Positions 9,807 through 18,493 of a DNA stretch of 64,000 nucleotides are shown here, piece by piece. Numbering within the stretch: position 1 is the stretch's first letter; every line of letters begins with the position of its first letter. This stretch comes from an uncultured Oscillospiraceae bacterium. GTDB lineage: Bacteria > Bacillota > Clostridia > UMGS1883. The position numbers and the translations under genes were made by a program. The stretch lies in the NCBI GenBank assembly GCA_964551215.1, contig CAZKBV010000001.1:5412-69411 (forward strand). The letters run 5' to 3'. The notes under the pieces were generated by a model, which was not told the origin of the DNA, did not search any database, and saw nothing but the letters and a program-made list of their open reading frames with translations.

Positions 9807-9980
9807 TGTAATCCTCCTTTCTTTGATGAATTTATTATAGCACATGAAGCTTAAGAAATTACTAAAAGCATTATTAAGAATTTATTAATATATTCAGAAG
9901 TACGGATATAACCCACGCGTATGTCGCAATCTGTCGTAAGCTCCATTCCAAGCAAGCTTAATGGAGAGTCGCTCCGATTT

Positions 9981-10010
9981 AAAAAAGGGCTGCTCGCTAC
10001 GAACAGCCCC
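9981..10010 (-). terminator. Rho-independent terminator downstream of the hfsD-like hydrogenase gene
   Basis: GGGCTG...CAGCCC hairpin at 9987-10010 preceded on the plus strand by AAAAAA, i.e. a U-tract on the minus-strand transcript. Confidence 0.5.
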
Positions 10011-10023
10011 GGTGCGTTTTCAA

Positions 10024-11475
10024 TTATACGTTCTCTTGCATACGTATAAGACTTGTTGCGCCGTAGATATTTTTCTCCATTGCTTCACGGCCATACTTAT
10101 CGACCTCGTTCTTGTTCTTCTCGCCGTGAGTGAGACAGCCTGCGCCGCCGATGCATCCGTTGTGACACGCCATACCCTCAATGAGATTATTGGGCAGAGC
10201 CTTTTTGCTGGCGCGCATAAGAGCCATGCGGCACTCGTCAATACCGTTCGCGGCAATGGGCTTATACTCGAAGCTGTCTAAGCCGTGTTCCTTAATTGCC
10301 TGCGCAACCGCGTCGGCAACGCCGCCGCTGCGGGCAAATATACGGCCATAGTAGGAAGCGTTATCCAAAACGTCCTCCTCCATAGAGGTTATGTCCAAGT
10401 TGCGGCTGTCAAACAAGGCCTGAAGCTCCTCAAAGGTAAGGGCAACATCCACATATTGGGGAATGATGTCACGCACCTCGGCTTTCTTCGCCGTGCACGG
10501 GCCTATAAAGATTACCTTACACTCCGGATCGACGGACTTAATGTATTTGGATATCTCCCCCATGGGAGAAAGATTGTGAGAAATATGGTCAACCAAGGTG
10601 GGGAACTGCTTATGAATATAATCCACAAAGGCAGGGCAGCAGCTTGTCGTAAGGAAGCCCTTTTCCCCTACCTTTTCCACAAGCTCCCTGCTTTCCAGAT
10701 AGGCTGTCATGTCCGCGCCAAGAGCGGCCTCGACAACGCTGAAGAAGCCCAGAGCCTTAATGCCGGAAATTACCTGACCCAGCTTCGCGTATGTAAACTG
10801 TCCGGCTATTGAAGGAGCGACAACGGCGTAAACCTTATACTTTTCGTTGTTTTCGCTGTTTTTCAGAATGTTTATGGCGTCCACAATGAAGCTCTTGTCC
10901 ATAATTGCGCCGAAGGGACACATATAGGAGCAGGCCCCGCAGGAAATGCACTTGTCGTTGTTAATCTTTGCGGCCTTATCCTCGTCCATGGTAATGGCGT
11001 TGGGCTTGCAGGCGTTTACGCAGGGGCGCTTATGGTTCGTGATGGCGCTGTAGGGGCAGGCCTCGGCGCACTTGCCGCACTCTACGCATTTTTCCTTGTC
11101 GATGACGGCGCGCTTGTTTTTATCAAACCTGATGGCGTCCCGGCGGCAGGCGTCCTGACAGCGGTGAGCGAGACACCCCCGGCAGCTTTCCGTTACGCTG
11201 TAGCCCCCAAGCGGACACTCGTCGCAGGCGATTTTAATTACCTCAATTATGTTGGGATTTTTGTCGTCGCCGCCCATAGCTATATTTATTCTCTCGTTTA
11301 CAATGGCCTTTTCCTTGTAAACACAGCAGCGCATTGTGCCTTCCTTGCCGTCTACGATAATATCCGGAATTTCGGCATAGGCGCGGTTAAGTCTGTCCTC
11401 CCAAGCGTACCGGGCAACCTCTCGGAGAACCTTATATTTAAGGTACTGCACTTGAGTATCAAATTTCTTTATCAT
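10024..11475 (-). CDS. [FeFe]-hydrogenase, HfsD/HydA2-like, monomeric ferredoxin-dependent type
   Basis: N-terminal 4Fe-4S ferredoxin repeats (CxxCxxCxxxCP). H-cluster motifs are near-canonical: L1 TTSCCPAFV, L2 GPCTAKKAE, L3 EGMACHNGCIGGAGC. AAAGGAGGAG RBS. Confidence 0.8.
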   Translation of the reverse strand: MIKKFDTQVQYLKYKVLREVARYAWEDRLNRAYAEIPDIIVDGKEGTMRCCVYKEKAIVNERINIAMGGDDKNPNIIEVIKIACDECPLGGYSVTESCRGCLAHRCQDACRRDAIRFDKNKRAVIDKEKCVECGKCAEACPYSAITNHKRPCVNACKPNAITMDEDKAAKINNDKCISCGACSYMCPFGAIMDKSFIVDAINILKNSENNEKYKVYAVVAPSIAGQFTYAKLGQVISGIKALGFFSVVEAALGADMTAYLESRELVEKVGEKGFLTTSCCPAFVDYIHKQFPTLVDHISHNLSPMGEISKYIKSVDPECKVIFIGPCTAKKAEVRDIIPQYVDVALTFEELQALFDSRNLDITSMEEDVLDNASYYGRIFARSGGVADAVAQAIKEHGLDSFEYKPIAANGIDECRMALMRASKKALPNNLIEGMACHNGCIGGAGCLTHGEKNKNEVDKYGREAMEKNIYGATSLIRMQENV

Positions 11476-11517
11476 TGTTTCTCCTCCTTTAATATAATTT
11501 TTAATATAATTTTCGCT

Positions 11518-12690
11518 CTAAAAACAGCTTACCTTTATGGCCTTTCCCATTTTCTTAAGACATTCCGCCAAATCCTCAATCAGCCGTATCTTAATGGAAA
11601 AGGTTATTGGCAGATCGGGGTTTTGATGCGCGGGATTTATCGCCCGACCCACATAGAAATTTATGTCGGTGGCCTCCTCGAAAAGCAGACGGGCAATCCG
11701 GCTTGCGGCGTCTTTCTTACAGCCCCACTTCTCGTAAAGGCTGTTATCCTCCAGATAGTTGCGGGCGTATTCCAAAACCTTGCTTATGGTGATAACGCCC
11801 TCGGTAACAAGGTCTACGCCATCAATTTTGGCCGCCGGAGGAACCTCCGGGTCAAGATATTCCAGTCCGGCCTGTACCTCCTTGCCAAGATACTTGGCCG
11901 CAAGGGACGAGGTGGTTCCGCCGCAGACAATGTGGCGCCCTTCCTTGGAAAAGAACAGAGCCATCATCTTGTTTACGTCCGCCGGATCTCTCGGAGGACC
12001 CATAAGCAGGTTACAGGGCTTGCGGCTTCGGAGCTTAATAACGGAAATTGTGGTGTCGTCTCCCGGCTCCCCGCCGTACAGTGCGTTACACTGGTTCACG
12101 ATAAGGGTGGAGATGCTCTTTGCCGAAAGCTCACTGTCGTAGTTTGCCTCGATGAAATCCACTATGTTCTCTCTTTGCCATCCGAAGTTCATGGTAACGC
12201 CGACTCCGGCATAAACGGCTCCGTCCGACATGGCTATGAACACGTCGTCAAGCTGCAATTTTACCTTGGATTCGTATATGGTCTTTCCCTCAACGATTTT
12301 CTTCTGCATGGGATAGTCGTAATGGACGCCGTCGCGCAGAAGGATTACGTGAGGATTGTCGTACTGAATTATTTCCGCCTCGGTGTTATCGTTAATTTTT
12401 ACTATAGTAAAGGTGGAGTAGGCCACTCCCCTTTTGCTGCACACGGGCAGAGTCGCGGCAATGGTGGTAACGCAGTCCTCAAGAGTCATATTGTTGGCCA
12501 TCATGGTGGAAATAATTTTACTTGTAAGGGTGGAAAGGATATTCGCCTTTACCCCGCTGCCCAAGCCGTCGGCCAGCACCATTATTATTGAATTGTCGTC
12601 ACGGCGGACACATTCCACTCTGTCGCCGCAGAGCTGCTCTCCAACGTGATTTATGCTTGTATATCCGAAATCTACGCAAAGGCTATTCAT
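11518..12690 (-). CDS. PP2C-type (SpoIIE-like) serine phosphatase with a C-terminal domain of unknown function, HfsC-like
   Basis: N-terminus CGDRVECVRRDDNSIIMVLADGLGSG...MSDGA is a PPM/SpoIIE metal-binding signature. A ~190-aa C-terminal extension follows. Overlaps the hfsB-like stop by 8 nt, consistent with translational coupling. Confidence 0.75.
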   Translation of the reverse strand: MNSLCVDFGYTSINHVGEQLCGDRVECVRRDDNSIIMVLADGLGSGVKANILSTLTSKIISTMMANNMTLEDCVTTIAATLPVCSKRGVAYSTFTIVKINDNTEAEIIQYDNPHVILLRDGVHYDYPMQKKIVEGKTIYESKVKLQLDDVFIAMSDGAVYAGVGVTMNFGWQRENIVDFIEANYDSELSAKSISTLIVNQCNALYGGEPGDDTTISVIKLRSRKPCNLLMGPPRDPADVNKMMALFFSKEGRHIVCGGTTSSLAAKYLGKEVQAGLEYLDPEVPPAAKIDGVDLVTEGVITISKVLEYARNYLEDNSLYEKWGCKKDAASRIARLLFEEATDINFYVGRAINPAHQNPDLPITFSIKIRLIEDLAECLKKMGKAIKVSCF

Positions 12691-14356
12691 CTAACAACGA
12701 CTCCTTAAGTTTAGTCAAGGCAATCTTGGTTTCCGCCGTTGTTTCGCCCAAAAGAGAGGCAATCTCCTGAACAACTCTCATCTGCTTTTCAACTACCTTA
12801 TCGGTAATTTCAACGGCCTGCTTGCGGCGGACATCTATTGACGCGTTTATAGATTCCCTTTCGGTGACGTCCTTCATTATGCTTATTACAATGCGGTATT
12901 TTTTGTCGTAGATTATGGTTTCCTCGACATATCTTTTATACTCCGCAAGGTACTTTTTCTTTTCGTACACATTTTCCCCGTTGGCAATTACGTTTACGTA
13001 GTCAACAGGGTCAAGCACTCTCACTACCGGCGAATCCAAAACATCGCCGCTGTTGCGCACGTTAAGTATACCGCACGCCGCCCCGTTGATGCTCTGTATT
13101 TCAAGGGATTCGTTGAGAACGATAATCCCGTTGGGTGTATTTTTGATGATAGTGTCGGAAAAGCTTTCCGCTTTTTCCATAAGATACGGCAGGCACATGG
13201 TAATTTCCGCCTTGCCCTGTATAACGGCGATAGCCTTTTCCCGGCACGTGTTGTAGCCGCAGCTTCCGCAGTTAAGCTCATGCTCGGGAGAGGTTTTGCC
13301 CATCTTTCTGAGTACCTCGGCAATAGCCTCGCTGCCGGGCATGGACTGTTTCTTGCCCTCGTAGGCAAAGCTTTTCCCGTTGTCTCCGTTAGGGCGGCCT
13401 TCAAGGCTGAAATCATCCCGTCCGGCAAAACGGTTTACCTTCGCGTTTCCGGAAACAAGGGAATTTCGTTCCATGACGGGGCCGTTTACGCAGCTCCCGT
13501 GGCAGATGGACATTTCAATGAACACGTTACCGAGCTTATTTTCTTCAATGTCCTTAAGAGCGTTTACGCAGGCGTCCGCGCCGTCCACCGCCATGTAGGA
13601 ATAGCTGTCCTCCCGAAGATACATTGTGCGCAGTATTCCGCCGGAGACGGGGAAAAGCCTTGCCCTTCCGGGAGCGCTGTCGTCGGGAACGTCCGTAAGG
13701 ACGATTTTTTCCTCAGCCATCCATTCGGAAAGCTCCTCGTATGTAAGCACGCAGTCTACGGCGTTCTTCGCCACGGTTTCGGCTTCGTGCTTCTTTGAAA
13801 TACAGGGGCCGATAAACACCGTGTAGCAGTTCGGATTTTCAGCCTTCAGCAGCTCACAGTGGGCGTGCATGGGGCTTTTTACCTTCGCGAGGCACCCTAT
13901 GAGGGAGGGGTAATATTTTTGGATAAGAGTGTTTACACTGTGACAGCAGGTGGTTATTATAACGCTCTGCTTTCCTTCGGCAACAATCCTTTCGTATTCC
14001 TTTTTAACGATGGTGGCGCCGATGGCGGTTTCCTCAACATCCGCGAATCCAAGAGCCATAATGGCGTTTTTCATTGCGGCAAAGCTAATTCCGTTGTAAT
14101 TTGCCACAAAGGACGGCGCAACGGAAGCAACCACCCTTTTGCCGGCCTTCATTGCGGCCTTTACCTTAGCAACGTCGTTTCTGATTTTCTTTGCGTTGTT
14201 GGGACAGACAACATGGCACTGTCCGCAGAGGATACATTCGTCCTCAAGAATATGAGCCTGACCGCTGTCAAACTTTATTGATTTAACGGGACAGGCGCGG
14301 TTGCATTTATAGCAGTTTTTGCAGTTGGCTTCCTTCAGTTCAAGACATCCGGCCAT
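12683..14356 (-). CDS. PAS-domain sensory [FeFe]-hydrogenase, HydS/HfsB-like
   Basis: Two N-terminal ferredoxin motifs. H-cluster domain with divergent motifs: L1 ITTCCHSV, L2 FIGPCISKKHE, L3 EMSICHGSCVNGP. An extra Cys cluster CGSCGYNTC...C. C-terminal PAS domain (NGIIVLNESLEIQSINGAACGILN...). GAGGAGGG RBS. Confidence 0.8.
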   Translation of the reverse strand: MAGCLELKEANCKNCYKCNRACPVKSIKFDSGQAHILEDECILCGQCHVVCPNNAKKIRNDVAKVKAAMKAGKRVVASVAPSFVANYNGISFAAMKNAIMALGFADVEETAIGATIVKKEYERIVAEGKQSVIITTCCHSVNTLIQKYYPSLIGCLAKVKSPMHAHCELLKAENPNCYTVFIGPCISKKHEAETVAKNAVDCVLTYEELSEWMAEEKIVLTDVPDDSAPGRARLFPVSGGILRTMYLREDSYSYMAVDGADACVNALKDIEENKLGNVFIEMSICHGSCVNGPVMERNSLVSGNAKVNRFAGRDDFSLEGRPNGDNGKSFAYEGKKQSMPGSEAIAEVLRKMGKTSPEHELNCGSCGYNTCREKAIAVIQGKAEITMCLPYLMEKAESFSDTIIKNTPNGIIVLNESLEIQSINGAACGILNVRNSGDVLDSPVVRVLDPVDYVNVIANGENVYEKKKYLAEYKRYVEETIIYDKKYRIVISIMKDVTERESINASIDVRRKQAVEITDKVVEKQMRVVQEIASLLGETTAETKIALTKLKESLLDE

Positions 14357-14416
14357 ATTATTCCCTCCTCTTTTATGTATTACTTCGCCAAGATAAGCAT
14401 AGGGCGGATAAACAGC

Positions 14417-14656
14417 TTACACTCTGGGGAGAATTTCGTTATTGAAAAAGCTTTCGCAGCTTTCGGGAGTAAGGGAGAAAAACGTTCCGTCCAGCTTTGT
14501 ACATACGCCCTGCTCGCACTTACCCATGCAGAACACGCCCTCAAGAGTGAGTTTATCGCCGATATTATGCTCGGCAATGAGTCTCTGCATAGTTTCAACA
14601 ATGGCCTTTGAGCCTTTAAGATGGCATGAGCTTCCGATACAGATTGACATTTTCAC
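14417..14656 (-). CDS. Thioredoxin-like [2Fe-2S] ferredoxin, NuoE/HfsA-like
   Basis: 79 aa with CIGSSCHLKGS...CMGKCEQG, the 4-Cys pattern of NuoE-type 2Fe-2S proteins. First gene of the hydrogenase cluster. Confidence 0.6.
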   Translation of the reverse strand: MKMSICIGSSCHLKGSKAIVETMQRLIAEHNIGDKLTLEGVFCMGKCEQGVCTKLDGTFFSLTPESCESFFNNEILPRV

Positions 14657-14819
14657 AGTTAATCACTTTCCTTTTCTTGTTTTTTTCACTGAGGCATTGC
14701 GCCTTTACGGGTGACTTTGACGGGAAAAGGCGGCTCCCATCCGCACGCAGGTTATACGCGGCGGACGGCAGACCCCGAAGCTCTTTTCCGTTCGGGGCTT
14801 TGCCGTCCTTATCGCAAGC

Positions 14820-15590
14820 TTATTGATAGTCAACCACGTCTACCCACGAAAGAAGAAATTCTCTTTCCTCGGGTTTGCCCTTTACGCTTTGAGAGGCGGC
14901 CACAATCGGCATCCACTTCTGAACATACTGCTTGGCGGTGTCGCTCTTTTTGCAGAAAAGATTGAGGTACTTTTCAGCCAGTTCCCTTTTGCCCTCCAAG
15001 CAGAACAGCAGATAGGTTCTGGCCGCGTCCGCCGCGGCATTGCCCTGAGTCACATGAGCCCAGTCGATTATGTGGGGAGTTCCGTCGGGTGAAATTATTA
15101 TATTGGAAGGGTTAAAGTCTCCGTGGCATATTTTATTGTGCTTGGGCATACTTTCCAGACGGGTATGCAGGTCGTATCTGGTGGTGGCGTCCAAGTTCGC
15201 TTCGGAAATTTTCCCGTTCATTTTATCCTTCAGCTTATTGAGTATGGGGCATTTATGTCTGTGAATATCAAGCTGAATGTCCACAAAAAGCTCAAGATAT
15301 TCGTCTGTCATATCCGGGTTTTCATCCATGAGCTTAGAAAGGGTTTTCCCTTCGATATAATCCGTAATTATAGCCCACTTTCCCTCCACCTGTGTTACGG
15401 CTTTAAGGGCGGGACACTTTATGCCCGTGCCTTCTATTTTTGCCAGATTCAAGGCCTCGTTAAGGATATCCGCCTTGGAAAAGCTTTCGTCGAAAACCTT
15501 TACCGACAGATTCTGCTTAACGTCACGGTACACCGTTTTATTGGTACGCACGGCAATAACCTTGCTGAGATCCAAATTGTTCAAATTCAT
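14820..15590 (-). CDS. Protein-kinase-like (APH/choline-kinase family) phosphotransferase
   Basis: Catalytic loop HGDFNPSNIII and metal-binding IIDW match the eukaryotic-like kinase/APH fold. AAAGGAGGG RBS. Lies between adhE and the hydrogenase cluster on the same strand. Confidence 0.7.
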   Translation of the reverse strand: MNLNNLDLSKVIAVRTNKTVYRDVKQNLSVKVFDESFSKADILNEALNLAKIEGTGIKCPALKAVTQVEGKWAIITDYIEGKTLSKLMDENPDMTDEYLELFVDIQLDIHRHKCPILNKLKDKMNGKISEANLDATTRYDLHTRLESMPKHNKICHGDFNPSNIIISPDGTPHIIDWAHVTQGNAAADAARTYLLFCLEGKRELAEKYLNLFCKKSDTAKQYVQKWMPIVAASQSVKGKPEEREFLLSWVDVVDYQ

Positions 15591-15609
15591 TCTTATTCCC
15601 TCCTTTTAA

Positions 15610-18216
15610 TCACTTTCCGTAATATGCTTTAAGATACATATCCTTTATTTCGCTTACAAGAGGATAACGGGGATTTGCTCCGGTGCATTGGTCGTCAAAG
15701 GCGGCTTCGGACATTTCGTCCAAGGTTTCAAGGAAGACCTTTTCGTCTACGCCGTAATCCCGTATAGTTTCTTTAATGCCGATTTTTTCCTTAAGCTCAT
15801 GAAGCTTTGCGATGAGCTTCTCCAGCTTTTCCTCGTCGGTTTCGCCGCCCAGCCCCAGACTGTCGGCAATTTCGCCGTAGCGGTGAAGTGTATGGGGGTA
15901 TTGATACTGAGGGAAGGTACCCATCTTCGCGGGAACCTCGGCGGCGTTATAGCGCAGAACGTACTCTATAAGCAGGGCATTTGCCACGCCGTGAGCAATA
16001 TGGTGGTACGCTCCAAGCTTGTGAGCCATAGAGTGGCACACGCCCAAAAACGCGTTGGCAAAGGCCATTCCGGCCATAGTAGCCGCGTTTGCCATTTTCT
16101 CTCTTGCCTCAGGATCCTTTTCGCCTCCGTCGCAGCATCTGGGCAGATATTCAAATATAAGCTTGATAGCTTGAAGAGCCAGCCCGTCCGTAAAATCCGT
16201 AGCCATAACGGAAGCATAGGCCTCCAAAGCATGAGTCATAGCGTCAATGCCCGAAGCGGATGTCAGGCCCTTAGGCATATTCATCATTAAGTCGGCGTCC
16301 ACAATCGCCATATTGGGCATAAGCTCATAGTCCGCAAGAGGATATTTAAGCCCTGTGCTTTCGTCTGTAATAACCGCAAAGGGAGTAACCTCAGAGCCTG
16401 TTCCGGCGGAGGTGGGAATAGCGATAAAATAGGCCTTTTCCCCCATTTTTGGGAAAGCGTAGGCGCGCTTGCGGATATCCATAAACCGCATTGCCATATC
16501 GTTAAAGCTTACCTCCGGATGCTCGTAAAGCACCCACATTATCTTGGCCGCATCCATTGCGGAGCCGCCGCCCACGGCAATGATAACATCCGGCTCAAAG
16601 GAAGCCATCGCCTTTGCTCCGGCCTTTGCGCTGGCAAGGGACGGGTCAGGCTCAACATCAAAGAACACGGTGTAATCTATATTCATTTCATTGAGCTTTT
16701 CGGTCACCGTTTTTGTGTAGCCGTTTTTATACAAGAATGAGTCGGTTACAATAAAGGCTCTTTTTTTATCCGTTACGCTTTTAAGCTCACTGAGAGCCAC
16801 GGGAATACATCCCTTTTTTATATATACCTTTTCCGGCGCCCTAAACCAAAGCATATTTTCTCTCCTTTCGGCAACGGTTTTTATATTCAGCAGATTTTTA
16901 ACTCCCACGTTTTCCGAGACGGAGTTTCCGCCCCACGAGCCGCAGCCCAAGGTAAGGGAGGGCGTAAGCCGGAAATTGTACAAATCGCCTATTCCTCCGT
17001 GAGAAGCGGGAGTGTTTATAATAATGCGGCAGGTTTTCATTCTTTCCATATGACGGGCCATTTTTTCCTTTTCCGTAACGGTATTGCAATAGAGGGACGA
17101 TGTGTGGCCGTAGCCGCCGTCGGCAATCAGCCTTTCGGCCTTGTTAAGGGCGTCGTCAAAGTCCTCCGCCTTATACATAGCCAGCACGGGCGAAAGCTTT
17201 TCGTGGGCAAATTCCTCGCTTATGTCCACGCTTTCCACTTCGCCGATAAGAATCTTTGTCTCCTCGGGAACCGAAACCCCCGCAAGAGAAGCGATTTTTG
17301 CCGCTTTCTGCCCTACGATTTTAGCGTTGAGGGCGCCGTTTATAATTATGGTTTTTCTGACCTTTTCCGTTTCTTCGCTGTTTAAGAAATAACAGCCCCG
17401 CTTGGCGAATTCCGCCTTTACGGCATCGTAAACTCCCTTCAAAACTATAACGCTCTGCTCCGAGGCGCAAATCATGCCGTTATCAAAGGTTTTGGAATGA
17501 ATGACGGAATTTACGGCAAGCTTTATATCCGCGCTGTCGTCGATAATGGCCGGAGTGTTGCCCGCGCCTACGCCCAGCGCCGGTTTGCCGGAGGAATACG
17601 CCGCCTTCACCATGCCCGGGCCTCCCGTAGCCAGAATTATATCCGCTTCTCTCATCAGTATATTTGTCATTTCCAACGAAGGAACGTCTATCCAGCCGAT
17701 TATATTTTCGGGGGCGCCGGCCTTAACCGCCGCTTCAAGCACCACTTTTGCCGCCGCAATTGTGCAGCCCTTGGCTCTCGGATGAGGGCTGATGATAATA
17801 CCGTTTCTGGTTTTAAGAGCTATCAGTGTTTTAAATATAGCCGTAGAGGTGGGATTGGTCGTAGGAATAACGGCGGCGATTACGCCTATCGGCTCGGCCA
17901 CCTTTTTTATGCCGTAAACCTCGTCTGTTTCGATTACGCCGCAGGTCTTTGTGTTCTTATAGGCGTTATAAATATACTCGGAGGCATAGTGGTTTTTAAT
18001 GACCTTATCCTCCATAACACCCATGCCCGTTTCCTCAACGGCCTGTTTTGCCAGAGGGATTCTCATACTGTTGGCCGCCAAAGCCGCCGCTCGGAAAATT
18101 TCGTCCACCTTTTCCTGAGAGAAAGCCGCAAACTCCCGCTGAGCCGAACGAACCCGCTTCAAAAGCTCCTCCAGGGCCTCCGGACTGTCAACAACGCCGG
18201 TTTTTTCGATACTCAT
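15610..18216 (-). CDS. adhE: Bifunctional acetaldehyde-CoA/alcohol dehydrogenase
   Basis: 868 aa: N-terminal ALDH domain, C-terminal Fe-ADH domain (GGGSAMDAAK, iron-binding His motifs). GGAGGATAAGT-ATG RBS. Confidence 0.9.
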   Translation of the reverse strand: MSIEKTGVVDSPEALEELLKRVRSAQREFAAFSQEKVDEIFRAAALAANSMRIPLAKQAVEETGMGVMEDKVIKNHYASEYIYNAYKNTKTCGVIETDEVYGIKKVAEPIGVIAAVIPTTNPTSTAIFKTLIALKTRNGIIISPHPRAKGCTIAAAKVVLEAAVKAGAPENIIGWIDVPSLEMTNILMREADIILATGGPGMVKAAYSSGKPALGVGAGNTPAIIDDSADIKLAVNSVIHSKTFDNGMICASEQSVIVLKGVYDAVKAEFAKRGCYFLNSEETEKVRKTIIINGALNAKIVGQKAAKIASLAGVSVPEETKILIGEVESVDISEEFAHEKLSPVLAMYKAEDFDDALNKAERLIADGGYGHTSSLYCNTVTEKEKMARHMERMKTCRIIINTPASHGGIGDLYNFRLTPSLTLGCGSWGGNSVSENVGVKNLLNIKTVAERRENMLWFRAPEKVYIKKGCIPVALSELKSVTDKKRAFIVTDSFLYKNGYTKTVTEKLNEMNIDYTVFFDVEPDPSLASAKAGAKAMASFEPDVIIAVGGGSAMDAAKIMWVLYEHPEVSFNDMAMRFMDIRKRAYAFPKMGEKAYFIAIPTSAGTGSEVTPFAVITDESTGLKYPLADYELMPNMAIVDADLMMNMPKGLTSASGIDAMTHALEAYASVMATDFTDGLALQAIKLIFEYLPRCCDGGEKDPEAREKMANAATMAGMAFANAFLGVCHSMAHKLGAYHHIAHGVANALLIEYVLRYNAAEVPAKMGTFPQYQYPHTLHRYGEIADSLGLGGETDEEKLEKLIAKLHELKEKIGIKETIRDYGVDEKVFLETLDEMSEAAFDDQCTGANPRYPLVSEIKDMYLKAYYGK

Positions 18217-18401
18217 ACTTATCCTCCATTTCTTAGCAAAAAATAAAATTATTCATAAGAAGCGCCGCCGAAAGCTGTTTTTGACAAACTGAAATTTCAT
18301 AGACGCCCTTACTTTTATTTTAAAACATTTCATATAAAAAGTCAACAAATTATTAACTAAATTTGCCGTTAGAATATTGTTATTTTTTTAACAATATGCA
18401 T

Positions 18402-18437
18402 TAAAAAAATTTTTCGGCCTCCGAACCCGTTTCGGAG
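18402..18437 (-). terminator. Rho-independent terminator downstream of the S41 peptidase gene
   Basis: CTCCGAA/TTCGGAG hairpin at 18419-18437 preceded on the plus strand by an A/T run (TAAAAAAATTTTT), giving a U-tract on the minus transcript. Confidence 0.45.
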
Positions 18438-18493
18438 CGTTTAAGCCGCCCCGAAACAAGACGCAAAGCTATATTCCCCTATTTTAAGGAATA

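Noticed and set aside
10285-12591. Long plus-strand ORFs (175 and 519 aa) across the hydrogenase/phosphatase region
   Set aside because: Antisense to well-supported hfsD-like and PP2C genes with clear motifs and RBSs. Typical GC-rich antisense open frames.
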